Positions 27,313 to 36,107 of a DNA stretch of 64,000 nucleotides are shown here, in pieces. This DNA comes from a virus (taxonomy: Duplodnaviria; Caudoviricetes), in the IMG/VR virus record IMGVR_UViG_3300038345_000118, positions 22,149 through 86,148 of that record. One strand, written 5' to 3'. A model generated the notes under the pieces. It had not been told where the DNA came from, did no database searches, and saw only the letters and a program-made list of their open reading frames with translations. Position numbers and translations under genes: made by a program. Positions within the stretch are counted from its first letter, which is position 1. Each line of letters opens with the position of its first letter.

Positions 27313-27882
27313 CAAAGTTACAAATTTGTCCGAGAAGTTCCAAGCGTTTTCCCCTTTATTTTCTGATGTTTAGAAAACCTTTAACTTTTGTTAGTATTTT
27401 AAAAATCGGTAAAAGTTACGGAAATGTCCGAGTTTGACGGCGTGCGGCGGTTAAGAAAGTTACGGAAATGTCCGAGAACAGTTCCGCTTTTGTCTGAAAA
27501 ATAATAAAACATGTTCCGTTTTTGTCCGGAATCATTTCCGAAACCGTCTGAAAAGAGTTACGGTTTTGTCGGAAACATCTTCCGTAACTGTCTGAAAACA
27601 CTTCCGTTTTTGTCCGCAACAAGTTCCGTTTTTGTCCGTGAATATTTTGTATCTTGCTATTAATAAGCAAGTTAGGCGTACCTAATATATACTATTCTTT
27701 ATTATACTAATATGCAGATCATTCAAATAACCCGTTTTTATATTTCCTTTTTTATTCTTTAGAATTATGCAGAAAGTACTCTCTGACAGTAAGTTACTGA
27801 TAATCAGCACGGTTTTTCAATAACACATAAAATGTATTTTCGGACAAAAACGTAACTTTAAAATTCGGACAGATTTGTAACT
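27313..27882. repeat. iteron array / plasmid-type replication origin
   Basis: 18-bp units (e.g. AGTTCCGTTTTTGTCCG) at 27316, 27414, 27458, 27480, 27512, 27534, 27556, 27578, 27600, 27622; six consecutive at exact 22-bp spacing; inverted copies at 27840 and 27865; first copy overlaps the rep -7 box (27313-27320). Confidence 0.9.
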
Positions 27883-27934
27883 CGCGGGTAATATATGCGC
27901 ACGTCATGCATGCGTATTAATTATGTAAATACTA

Positions 27935-27962
27935 AAAAAGCCCACCAGTAAAAGGTGGGCTT
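27935..27962 (-). terminator. intrinsic terminator
   Basis: Minus strand AAGCCCACC-TTTTACT-GGTGGGCTTTTTT. Confidence 0.75.
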
Positions 27963-27979
27963 GAAAGTGTGGATGCTGG

Positions 27980-28396
27980 TCAATAGACTCTGGTGAATGT
28001 TACTTCGTAACTTAATGGTTTAGTTTTGTTTTTGATGATGAGCTTGTCGCCCGAAATTCTATATTCCCAGGAGAATGGGCCTTCTTCCAAATCATCATAG
28101 TCGCTTTGTATAATCACATATTCACCAATTATCTTTCCGTTTTTTGCTTCGTATTTAAATTCTGCCCAGATACCTAAGTTGCATTCGTAATAGCCCGTTC
28201 CGGTTTTAAGGAAGGTCAATTTCTCCACCATTTTGTTTTCTGTATCTTCGTACCTCCAGGTGCCAACAATGCTGTTAGCTGGTTCCTCTTTGTCATCGTC
28301 GTTGCTACCGCTGCAGGCATTGAAGCAGATGGATGTGAGGAAAGCAAGTGCCAGGACTGCCAGGCGGCTTGCAAAAGTGAATGTCTTTGATTTCAT
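27980..28396 (-). CDS. lipoprotein (lipocalin-like)
   Basis: Signal peptide FNAC, then SIVGTWRY and FLKTGTG. Confidence 0.8.
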   Translation of the reverse strand: MKSKTFTFASRLAVLALAFLTSICFNACSGSNDDDKEEPANSIVGTWRYEDTENKMVEKLTFLKTGTGYYECNLGIWAEFKYEAKNGKIIGEYVIIQSDYDDLEEGPFSWEYRISGDKLIIKNKTKPLSYEVTFTRVY

Positions 28397-28461
28397 GTTT
28401 TTGCTCTATTGAATTATTGTAATATTGTATTATTGTTATTGTGCAATATTGCATTATCACA

Positions 28462-28833
28462 TTATTGCGCTACAGTCTTACGGCCTTTCCATCCGTATTC
28501 ATTAGGAAGAGACAGGGCTTCGTTACGTTGTTCGGTTGTAATTACCCCCTGTTGTTCGAGTCCAATAAGGATGGTCTCGAAGAAGAACCGCTTTGCGGTT
28601 AGATCTTTGTCCTCTGCAAATCTCGTGGCAAGTCGGTGGATGGACTTTGGGAGGAAGCATAGTGCCCCGACGGGTTTTTCGGCTGCGAGTCCGGTAGGTT
28701 CTTCGACTTCGGATGAAGAGTTGCTATCCCCCACCCTGCTTTCAATGGCACGTTTGCGGCGCAGGATTTCTTCTGGTGTCTCGTTAAGGATCTGCGCCGG
28801 CTTTTCTGATTTCTTTTTGCTTAGTGCTGACAT
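28462..28833 (-). CDS. small ParA-partner protein (ParG/RHH-like candidate)
   Basis: 123 aa directly downstream of parA, flanked by TATTG repeats. Confidence 0.6.
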   Translation of the reverse strand: MSALSKKKSEKPAQILNETPEEILRRKRAIESRVGDSNSSSEVEEPTGLAAEKPVGALCFLPKSIHRLATRFAEDKDLTAKRFFFETILIGLEQQGVITTEQRNEALSLPNEYGWKGRKTVAQ

Positions 28834-28844
28834 AGTTGTATGGT

Positions 28845-29000
28845 TTTATTGAATTATTGTTATATTGCTATATTGCTTTATCGAATTATTGCAATAACGT
28901 TATATTGTAATATTGTTGTATCGTGATATCGTTATAACGTAATAATGTAATATCGAAATATTGTAATATAGTTATACTGCAATATTGTATTATTGCAATA
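28845..29000. repeat. AT-rich TATTG(C/T)/GCAATA repeats (centromere-like); similar blocks at 28405-28470 and 29925-29990
   Basis: Dense iterated TATTGY; ATTGCAATATTGCAGTA occurs twice upstream of parA. Confidence 0.7.
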
Positions 29001-29826
29001 ATGTTTTAGTGCGCTTAATGATTTCATTGGCGAGAAGTGTGAACTCTTCGCGTGGTATGTCGGCGCGTGGGGTGGAGTAGACGCTTGTGAACTCGCGCTG
29101 GCTTTTGCTGACGGCTTCGCGTTCTGAGATGCTGACAGGCAGTATTTCCTTGCCGTAACGTGATTTGAGTTGTTCTTCTGCCTCGCGCTGTCCTTTGATA
29201 TATGCCTTACGCCGGGTTATCAGGAATCCGAGGTTAGTCAGTTCATCGTTTTCACTCTCGCGTATTTCCTGGATGTATGCCAGGTAGTTCTGCAGTCCGT
29301 TGAGTGCGAATCCTTCGAGGTTGATGGGAATCAGCACGGCATTGACGGCGATCAGGATGTTGTCGATAAGGACTTGCGGTCCGACGGGCGAGTCAATCAG
29401 GATGAAGTCGAAATCCGTCATCCAGTCGGTGATGCCTTCGCCGGTATGATCATCCGGTGCTTTCTGCAAGGCCCGGGTTAGTTTCATGGCCGGGTTGCGC
29501 ATGGTGGGAAGCTGCTGGTCCACCTTGTTCATAATCGAGGTGGACGGGCAGTAGTAGAGTCCCGACTCGCTCCGGTAGACGGGGATGGGTGCATCCTCAC
29601 ACAGTACGTGGTAGATGGTGGGGTAGTGCTGCAGTTCGAGGTCTGGGTTCCAGTCGGTACAGCTGGAGAGGTTAGCTTGCCGGTCCATGTCGATGACCAT
29701 GACGCGGTAGCCTTGCAAGTGCAGGGCCATTGCCAGATTGAGTGTGGTCGTGGTTTTACCCACGCCACCTTTGTAGTTGCCGATGCCGATGACGGCACGC
29801 AGCTGTGTCTTGCGTTTTTTTACCAT
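28990..29826 (-). CDS. parA: ParA partition ATPase
   Basis: Start re-set to MVKKRK; NYKGGVGKTTT, VIDMDRQAN, FILIDSP, LIPINLEGF; promoter TATCTTTG at 29902-29909. Confidence 0.92.
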   Translation of the reverse strand: MVKKRKTQLRAVIGIGNYKGGVGKTTTTLNLAMALHLQGYRVMVIDMDRQANLSSCTDWNPDLELQHYPTIYHVLCEDAPIPVYRSESGLYYCPSTSIMNKVDQQLPTMRNPAMKLTRALQKAPDDHTGEGITDWMTDFDFILIDSPVGPQVLIDNILIAVNAVLIPINLEGFALNGLQNYLAYIQEIRESENDELTNLGFLITRRKAYIKGQREAEEQLKSRYGKEILPVSISEREAVSKSQREFTSVYSTPRADIPREEFTLLANEIIKRTKTLLQ

Positions 29827-30025
29827 AATGTTGTAGCTTTTATTTGAAATTGTATTTGCTCCTATATCAGGATGTTGTAGCGAATCCTTGGAGGAACGGT
29901 GCAAAGATAGGTAAAAGTTTTCAAACTATTGCAATATTGCAGTATAAAAAATGTGAATTATTGCAATATTGCAGTAAAATCGTATTGCGAATGGTCTTAT
30001 CGGGGAGTACCCTGCATGAAAGTTT

Positions 30026-30060
30026 GCCCTTGATTCGGTGTTCAACATTCATTATCTTGC
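30026..30060 (+). promoter_or_regulatory. phage late-type promoter
   Basis: GCCCTTGA-N19-TATCTTGC. Confidence 0.7.
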
Positions 30061-30114
30061 GGTAAAGAAAACAACAAAGATGGGCTGCAACACAGTTGCT
30101 GCTTACGTAAAACT

Positions 30115-30966
30115 ATGACAGGGGAATTGCAGGAGAAAGTGAACCGTTCTGTCCGGCTGATACAGGCGGCCGGTGCTGACGGAAGCGTCGTTGAGGTATC
30201 ATACTCAGGCGGGAAGGACTCTGACGTTATCTTGGAACTGACACGCATGGCCGGAATCAAATTCCGTGCTATCTACAAGAATACGTCAATAGATCCTCCG
30301 GGAACCATCAGGCATGCCCTGGAACAAGGGGCTGAGGTAATGAGACCCGAAAAGACTTTCTTTCAGTTGTTAGAGGAAAACGGCATGCCTAACCGTTGGC
30401 AGCGCCACTGTTGCCGATATCTGAAAGAGTACAAGGTGCTTGAACGCAACATACAGGGAATCCGGAAGTGTGAGAGTACTAAAAGGGAGCAAGGCTACAA
30501 CGAACCGACGGAGTGTCGCGTCTACGGAAAGGGTCGCAAGAAGCAGACTGCCGAGGCATTCTATCCCATTCTTGACTGGACGGATGATGATGTCGTTGAA
30601 TTTATCACGGAGCGCGGCATCAAGGTGCATCCGCTCTATTACCGTGAGGACGGCACCATCGACGCAAGTAGAAGGCTGGGGTGTATGTGTTGTCCGCTTG
30701 CCTACTACAAGAAGCGTATTGACTATTTCAAGCGATATCCCGGCATGGTGCGTGCCTATTGCCGTTCGGCACAGAAATACCGGGACGCACACCCCGACGT
30801 AGAGACCGTGAAGAAATACGGCGATGTCTATGAATGGTTTACCCGTGAAGTGTTCTTTGAGAAGCAAAACGAATGGGAAAACCATAAGACGGTAACGCAA
30901 TTTACCCCCCCCCATTACAAACAGTTTCTTGAACGGTTTTTCGGCATTGAGCTGACTTTTAAATAA
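30115..30966 (+). CDS. PAPS reductase-family protein
   Basis: SYSGGKDS, NTSID, CCRYLKE, GIRKCES, RLGCMCCP. Confidence 0.9.
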   Translation: MTGELQEKVNRSVRLIQAAGADGSVVEVSYSGGKDSDVILELTRMAGIKFRAIYKNTSIDPPGTIRHALEQGAEVMRPEKTFFQLLEENGMPNRWQRHCCRYLKEYKVLERNIQGIRKCESTKREQGYNEPTECRVYGKGRKKQTAEAFYPILDWTDDDVVEFITERGIKVHPLYYREDGTIDASRRLGCMCCPLAYYKKRIDYFKRYPGMVRAYCRSAQKYRDAHPDVETVKKYGDVYEWFTREVFFEKQNEWENHKTVTQFTPPHYKQFLERFFGIELTFK

Positions 30967-31019
30967 TTATTAAATAACGGCTGCGGCGAAACCGCAGCTT
31001 ACGAGAAAAATTAAGAATT

Positions 31020-31406
31020 ATGGAAAACGAACAGAGAAAGAATTACAGCATTAAGATTGACTGCCTGAAACTGAAGGGTGCTTTTATGAAGAACCTGACG
31101 GGGAAGACGGCCACCAAGCGATGTCTGATTATCCCGGTGGACGACAACGAGTGTATGTACCTTGGCGAGAAGGGCTGCTATCTGAACATCGTCGGTTACG
31201 AGTTGCAGAACTCACAGTACGGCGACACCCACCTGCTGAAAGGAGATTTGCCGAAAGAAGTGCGTGAGCGCATGACCGAAGAGGAGCGTAACGCCATACC
31301 CATTCTCGGGAACATGCGGCCCATCAAACCGCAGCAGATGCAGGTGACGGGCAGTGTGTCGATGGATGCACCGGACGGACAACAGCAGGATGATCTTCCA
31401 TTCTGA
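31020..31406 (+). CDS. SSB-like protein
   Basis: 128 aa, beta-rich, acidic tail QQDDLPF. Confidence 0.6.
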   Translation: MENEQRKNYSIKIDCLKLKGAFMKNLTGKTATKRCLIIPVDDNECMYLGEKGCYLNIVGYELQNSQYGDTHLLKGDLPKEVRERMTEEERNAIPILGNMRPIKPQQMQVTGSVSMDAPDGQQQDDLPF

Positions 31407-31414
31407 CAATGGCT

Positions 31415-31449
31415 GCCCTTGATTTTGCGATACAGGAAAGGTACATTGC
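31415..31449 (+). promoter_or_regulatory. phage late-type promoter
   Basis: GCCCTTGA-N19-TACATTGC. Confidence 0.75.
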
Positions 31450-31503
31450 TGGTGAATAGATTAAAAACATCTGCTATGACATAGCAGCATACAAGACAGA
31501 ATT

Positions 31504-32691
31504 ATGGTACGGAAAATACAGAGTGACGAATATCTGAAACGTTACGATAAAATGACCTTGGCAGAACGCCAGGCATACAAGGACAGGGTAGGGCAGTGGC
31601 TGCGCTCTGGGGGACGATTGCTGTCCGTTAGGGCTGCCGACTTTGACGCCCGCCTGCAAAACGTACTGATGGTCAGCATCAGTTGGAATGACGCAGAGTG
31701 CCAGGCATTCGAGGCGGGAGCACATCTTTTGAGTGCGCTGGTGAACAGTGCAGACACATGGCTTCCCGATTTGCTATATATTAAGGCAGCAAAGAGGGCT
31801 ATCAACAATATGATAAGAGCACTCTCTTCCATCTCCTTCATTGACACGAAGGGAGCAGGTGCGCCTGTGAATCAGAAACCGAAGGAGGAGCCTTCGGGAA
31901 AAACCCGAAAAGAAGCGGAGGCCGTCGGAGGAGGTTATATACCCACCGGAAAACCGGCGGGCACGGTGGCTGACACGAAAGCGGGCACGGTAGCTGACAC
32001 GAAAGCGGGCACGGTGGCTGTAACGTCGGCGGGCAAGAAGCCTGTAGAAAAACCAACGGTCACGGTGACTGCCGTGCCGCCACGGCCTAAGCATATCGAC
32101 CAGTATGTGCATCTTCTTCCGGTGAAGACACAGGAGCGTGCGGCGAAGGTGAAAGACCTGTTGCGCGAACTTGATTATGCCAGAGAGAAGGCACGGCTGC
32201 TGATGGATTCCCCACAGGCCAGTCCTGACGATCGTGCGGCCTGGGCCAAGAAGGCTACTTCCTGCGACAATGCCGTGAGAAGCATCTACAAGGAACTGGA
32301 TGCAGAGTGGGATAAGCTGGTGAAGAGCGGCCGTATAGAGGTTGATGTGTTTGGCAATGCGAGAGTGGTTGCCGACGGAGAACCGTCGGGCACGGTGGCG
32401 GAGCAGGAGAAGCCGGAGCTGACCTCTGAGCAGAAGCACCGGAGGCGGGAGCTACGGAAGTGGCTTATTGACACACGGCGCGGTTCGGAGGGTAAGGCCC
32501 GTGAAAAGCGCATCGAGCAGTGGAAGGTGAACATCCGTGAGTACCTGACGCTGGAGCCTCTCGAAACGGCATTGAAGGATGAGAAGCTCGTTGTGGCTGC
32601 AGAACATTTCGGAGTTGATATTAAGGCTGCGGCAGAATCGCAGCATACTAAAAAAGCGACATCCGAGAGGAAACCAACCAAACAACAATAA
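31504..32691 (+). CDS. hypothetical protein with AGTVADTK repeats
   Basis: 395 aa; 24-bp tandem repeat near 31957-32020. Confidence 0.85.
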   Translation: MVRKIQSDEYLKRYDKMTLAERQAYKDRVGQWLRSGGRLLSVRAADFDARLQNVLMVSISWNDAECQAFEAGAHLLSALVNSADTWLPDLLYIKAAKRAINNMIRALSSISFIDTKGAGAPVNQKPKEEPSGKTRKEAEAVGGGYIPTGKPAGTVADTKAGTVADTKAGTVAVTSAGKKPVEKPTVTVTAVPPRPKHIDQYVHLLPVKTQERAAKVKDLLRELDYAREKARLLMDSPQASPDDRAAWAKKATSCDNAVRSIYKELDAEWDKLVKSGRIEVDVFGNARVVADGEPSGTVAEQEKPELTSEQKHRRRELRKWLIDTRRGSEGKAREKRIEQWKVNIREYLTLEPLETALKDEKLVVAAEHFGVDIKAAAESQHTKKATSERKPTKQQ

Positions 32692-32709
32692 ACCAACACA
32701 AAAACGACT

Positions 32710-33255
32710 ATGACTTTTCATTCGATAGTGAGGCAGTGGTGCCAGACGTACAAGCCGATGCTGGATAACCCGGAGAATGGGAACCGGCGGTTTTACCTGA
32801 CGGACTCTACCGCTGGTGTGGTGGAGATGGCGAAGGGTATCAGTAATAAGTTTTCTCCATTCGTGATGATGGAGAGCAACGTGGAGGGCGGAGGTCCGAT
32901 AGCGAGGCCCTCCAGGAACTACCCTATATACTTTTTCGTCAGGGCTCGTGACATGGCCGACGGCGATGCCGCTGCCGAGGCGAAGGAAGAGGCGTGGTAC
33001 CACGCACAGCAATACCTGACGTGGATCAAGGACAAGCACGACAGGGAAATTGCCGAGAATATCGACGGCGACTATGCGCGTATAGACCTGGACAACGCCC
33101 TGCTTGACATTACAACCGTAGGTCCTCTGGAGAACGGATGGTACGGAGTGCTCATACAGTTTGAGCGCGAGGAGCCGCTGAATTTGTGCGTGGATGAGGA
33201 GATGTATATAGCCCCACCCCTGCCCCTCCCCGAAGAAGAGGGGAGTAGTTTCTAA
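32710..33255 (+). CDS. hypothetical protein
   Basis: 181 aa co-oriented ORF. Confidence 0.8.
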   Translation: MTFHSIVRQWCQTYKPMLDNPENGNRRFYLTDSTAGVVEMAKGISNKFSPFVMMESNVEGGGPIARPSRNYPIYFFVRARDMADGDAAAEAKEEAWYHAQQYLTWIKDKHDREIAENIDGDYARIDLDNALLDITTVGPLENGWYGVLIQFEREEPLNLCVDEEMYIAPPLPLPEEEGSSF

Positions 33256-33273
33256 CAAAACAAAACGCAGACG

Positions 33274-33627
33274 ATGGGAAAAGGGAGAGATGAAGGGAAC
33301 GAGATTCACGTTACCGACATTAATGCGCTGAAGGACAACACGCAGGCTGCGGTGGAAGGATTCGCCGAACGGTGGATTTCCATGCCGTCGTTCACTGAAG
33401 ATTGTGAGGTGATGGATGTAAGGCAGTTGCGTGATGCGATGGGAATACGGGCGACGATTGAAGCCGGAGACCCGTGGCCCGCTGCCGAGAAATTGTTGTT
33501 GAACCTTGGATTCCGCTGGCATTGGTTAGGCAATTCACGGGTGATGTTCCTACGGGAACGCGACGATTACACGGGTACGAGTGCCGGCGGTGGTGACGGA
33601 TGGGATGACGGAGAGGAGGTAGATTAG
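33274..33627 (+). CDS. hypothetical protein
   Basis: 117 aa co-oriented ORF. Confidence 0.75.
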   Translation: MGKGRDEGNEIHVTDINALKDNTQAAVEGFAERWISMPSFTEDCEVMDVRQLRDAMGIRATIEAGDPWPAAEKLLLNLGFRWHWLGNSRVMFLRERDDYTGTSAGGGDGWDDGEEVD

Positions 33628-33715
33628 AGTGAAGAGTGAAGAGTGAAGAATTGGGCTGCGACCGAGTCGCAGCATACAATTAAGCATTGTAAGATATAAA
33701 CTTTTTAAATAACAA

Positions 33716-34384
33716 ATGACAATGAAAAAGAATTTTTTTGAACAACTGTTGGGCGTGCTGCTGTTGGTAGCGACAGCCCTGATGATTAACAGCTGCAAGG
33801 GTTGTAAACAAAGTGAAGAGCAAAAAGTGAAGAGTGAAGAAGCTGCTACCGCAGCTGTTTACCACGACTATGACGGGGTAGTGCAGGACTTCACAACAGG
33901 CGTGAGCCAGATTCAGGCTTTGCACCGTCAGACCGTTTTCCATCTTGCCGGAGGCGTTAACTACGAGTGGCGCAACTCGCGTGTCATCCTGAACGACACC
34001 ATTACGGCAGAGAATATCGACAACCTGCATGTGACGGACGTCAACGACGTGTTCTGCTACTGGAATGAGCGCGGTCCGTGGGTGCAGTATGTCAACTCCA
34101 ATATTAAGAATGGTCTGCAGATTCCCTGGCCTATTAATGACGTATGGATTGAGGACAGAGACCTGAGTAACCTGCCGATTGAACTGAGTGCCGAGGATGC
34201 GCTGCTACGTCTGAAGGAATGGAACGGTGTTATCCCCTCTGCGAATTTCCTTACGCTGCGACTGCCTGTCGGTCCGAAGGATTGTAATGCGCAATGGGTT
34301 ATCGGCAATGTCTATAATACGATATTCATTGACGCGGTGACAGGAGATATAACGGATAGCAACCCTGCGTTCCCGCGAAAGTAA
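33716..34384 (+). CDS. lipoprotein
   Basis: Signal peptide with INSC lipobox. Confidence 0.8.
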   Translation: MTMKKNFFEQLLGVLLLVATALMINSCKGCKQSEEQKVKSEEAATAAVYHDYDGVVQDFTTGVSQIQALHRQTVFHLAGGVNYEWRNSRVILNDTITAENIDNLHVTDVNDVFCYWNERGPWVQYVNSNIKNGLQIPWPINDVWIEDRDLSNLPIELSAEDALLRLKEWNGVIPSANFLTLRLPVGPKDCNAQWVIGNVYNTIFIDAVTGDITDSNPAFPRK

Positions 34385-34585
34385 CGGGGATGGGCTTCGT
34401 AGGCCCGAAGGGTCTATATCCCATCCCCAGAAACGGCGCGACGGTCTCTAAAACCGTGACGGCCATATTTTAGTAATCATCATCAGCCATGCCGCCTTGC
34501 TTTCCTCGGTGTGGCTGCTGATAGAGCTGCAACACAGTTGCAGCATACGGAAAAGGGATAGACAAAAAAAACGCGATAATGAATT

Positions 34586-35365
34586 ATGGCAACGATTAAA
34601 ATCGGGAGTAGGGGAGAGGCTGTCAAACAGATTCAGCGGTCGCTGGGTCTGAACCCTGTCGATGGTGTCTTTGGCGAGAAGACAGCTGCTGCCGTTCGGG
34701 TTTTCCAGCAGGCGGCAGGACTTGTTGCTGACGGCATCGTAGGCCCTGCCACATTAGCGAAGCTGAAGGAGTGTTCGCTTGACATCGTTTCCGGGTATAT
34801 CTACAAGCACATCACCCGTTGCTCCAGCAGGCCCCTGAAGTATATTGCCATCCACTACACGGCTGGCGGTAACAGTCGGAGGGGTGCAGCCATGGCGAAC
34901 CGCAATGCGTTTCTTAGTCGTAACGCCTCTGCCGACTTTGTGGTGGATGACGAGCAGATCGTGCAGGTCAATCCTGACATCAGGAACTACTACTGTTGGG
35001 CTGTCGGTGACAAGAAGAATACGAGTAGCGGTGGCGGCAGTCTCTACGGCATTGCAACAAACAAGAATACGATCAGCATTGAAATCTGTTCTAATCTTCG
35101 CACTGGCACCACTGCTGCCATTCCCAACCACGAAGGATGGTCGTTTACGGACAAAGCACTTGATCGCGCACTCAGGCTTGTTCGCTATCTGATGCGCGTG
35201 TATGGCATTCCCAAGAGCAACGTTATCCGGCACTATGATGTGAGCGGTAAGCTTTGCCCCGGCATTATCGGGTGGAATAGCGCCTATCTCTATACGACTG
35301 CCGGAAAAGCGACTTCCGTCAAGAACAGCAGCGAGAAATGGCTGGCGTTCAAGGGGAGGATTTAG
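34586..35365 (+). CDS. endolysin: PG-binding domain plus N-acetylmuramoyl-L-alanine amidase
   Basis: VDGVFGEKT..VADGIVGPAT; IAIHYTA, ISIEIC, VIRHYDVSGKLCP. Confidence 0.92.
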   Translation: MATIKIGSRGEAVKQIQRSLGLNPVDGVFGEKTAAAVRVFQQAAGLVADGIVGPATLAKLKECSLDIVSGYIYKHITRCSSRPLKYIAIHYTAGGNSRRGAAMANRNAFLSRNASADFVVDDEQIVQVNPDIRNYYCWAVGDKKNTSSGGGSLYGIATNKNTISIEICSNLRTGTTAAIPNHEGWSFTDKALDRALRLVRYLMRVYGIPKSNVIRHYDVSGKLCPGIIGWNSAYLYTTAGKATSVKNSSEKWLAFKGRI

Positions 35366-35426
35366 AGTGAAGAAATGCTGCGACGAAATCGCAGCCTACA
35401 ATTAAGCATTAAGCATTAAAAAGGCT

Positions 35427-36107
35427 ATGGCACAACCGAGTGTATTACCAGATGGATTGATGAGTGGGTCGCTGATTCACTTTGAGAAAGGCGTTCCCAT
35501 TGACGACCTCGACCTGAAGCCTGTTCATCGGGAGCGTCTGGCACGTGTAGCGCACGTCTATTGGATATGGGTCAAGAATCCCTTTCTTGATGCCTTTGGT
35601 ATGTTCAAGCAACTGGCCAAGGGAAAATATTCTGACAAGTCGAGTGAGTGGCGGGCAGCCCAGCGCGATAAGCTGCTGTTCGATTTTGTGGTGGAAAATG
35701 TCTCTGCCCCGAGTCGAAAAGAGAGCGAGGCGAAGGTGCGCGTGACTGCCGACCGTCTGATGCAGATGGGTGCTCAGACCGACAACGGTCGCGACATGGA
35801 AGCCGGTGCCAAGCTGCTGATGAAGCTCGACCGTCTGGACCAGCCCGAAGATCAGAATGCCGACCTTAGCAAGGTGGCATTCCTGCCAAGCGTGGTTGTT
35901 ACCGACATCCGCGAGGTGGATGACACGAAGGAGAACTACGATGATGCCGAGACGAAGCGTATCATGGCGAAATACGGCGGCTATGTTGACGAGAAGCGCA
36001 AGCTGGTTGAAGACAAGGTAGCGGTGATGGAGGCACGTAATACCGGAAAACAAAGTTGCGATGAAATCGCAACATACGGAGAAGAAGAGACTGGCGAGGA
36101 AGGATGA
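35427..36107 (+). CDS. putative terminase small subunit
   Basis: Helical 226 aa protein overlapping the terL start (ATGA); position-based call. Confidence 0.55.
   Translation: MAQPSVLPDGLMSGSLIHFEKGVPIDDLDLKPVHRERLARVAHVYWIWVKNPFLDAFGMFKQLAKGKYSDKSSEWRAAQRDKLLFDFVVENVSAPSRKESEAKVRVTADRLMQMGAQTDNGRDMEAGAKLLMKLDRLDQPEDQNADLSKVAFLPSVVVTDIREVDDTKENYDDAETKRIMAKYGGYVDEKRKLVEDKVAVMEARNTGKQSCDEIATYGEEETGEEG

Noticed and set aside
27414-27640. Regularly spaced repeats as a possible CRISPR array
   Set aside because: 22-bp period with only ~4-nt gaps and no cas genes; fits iterons upstream of Rep_3
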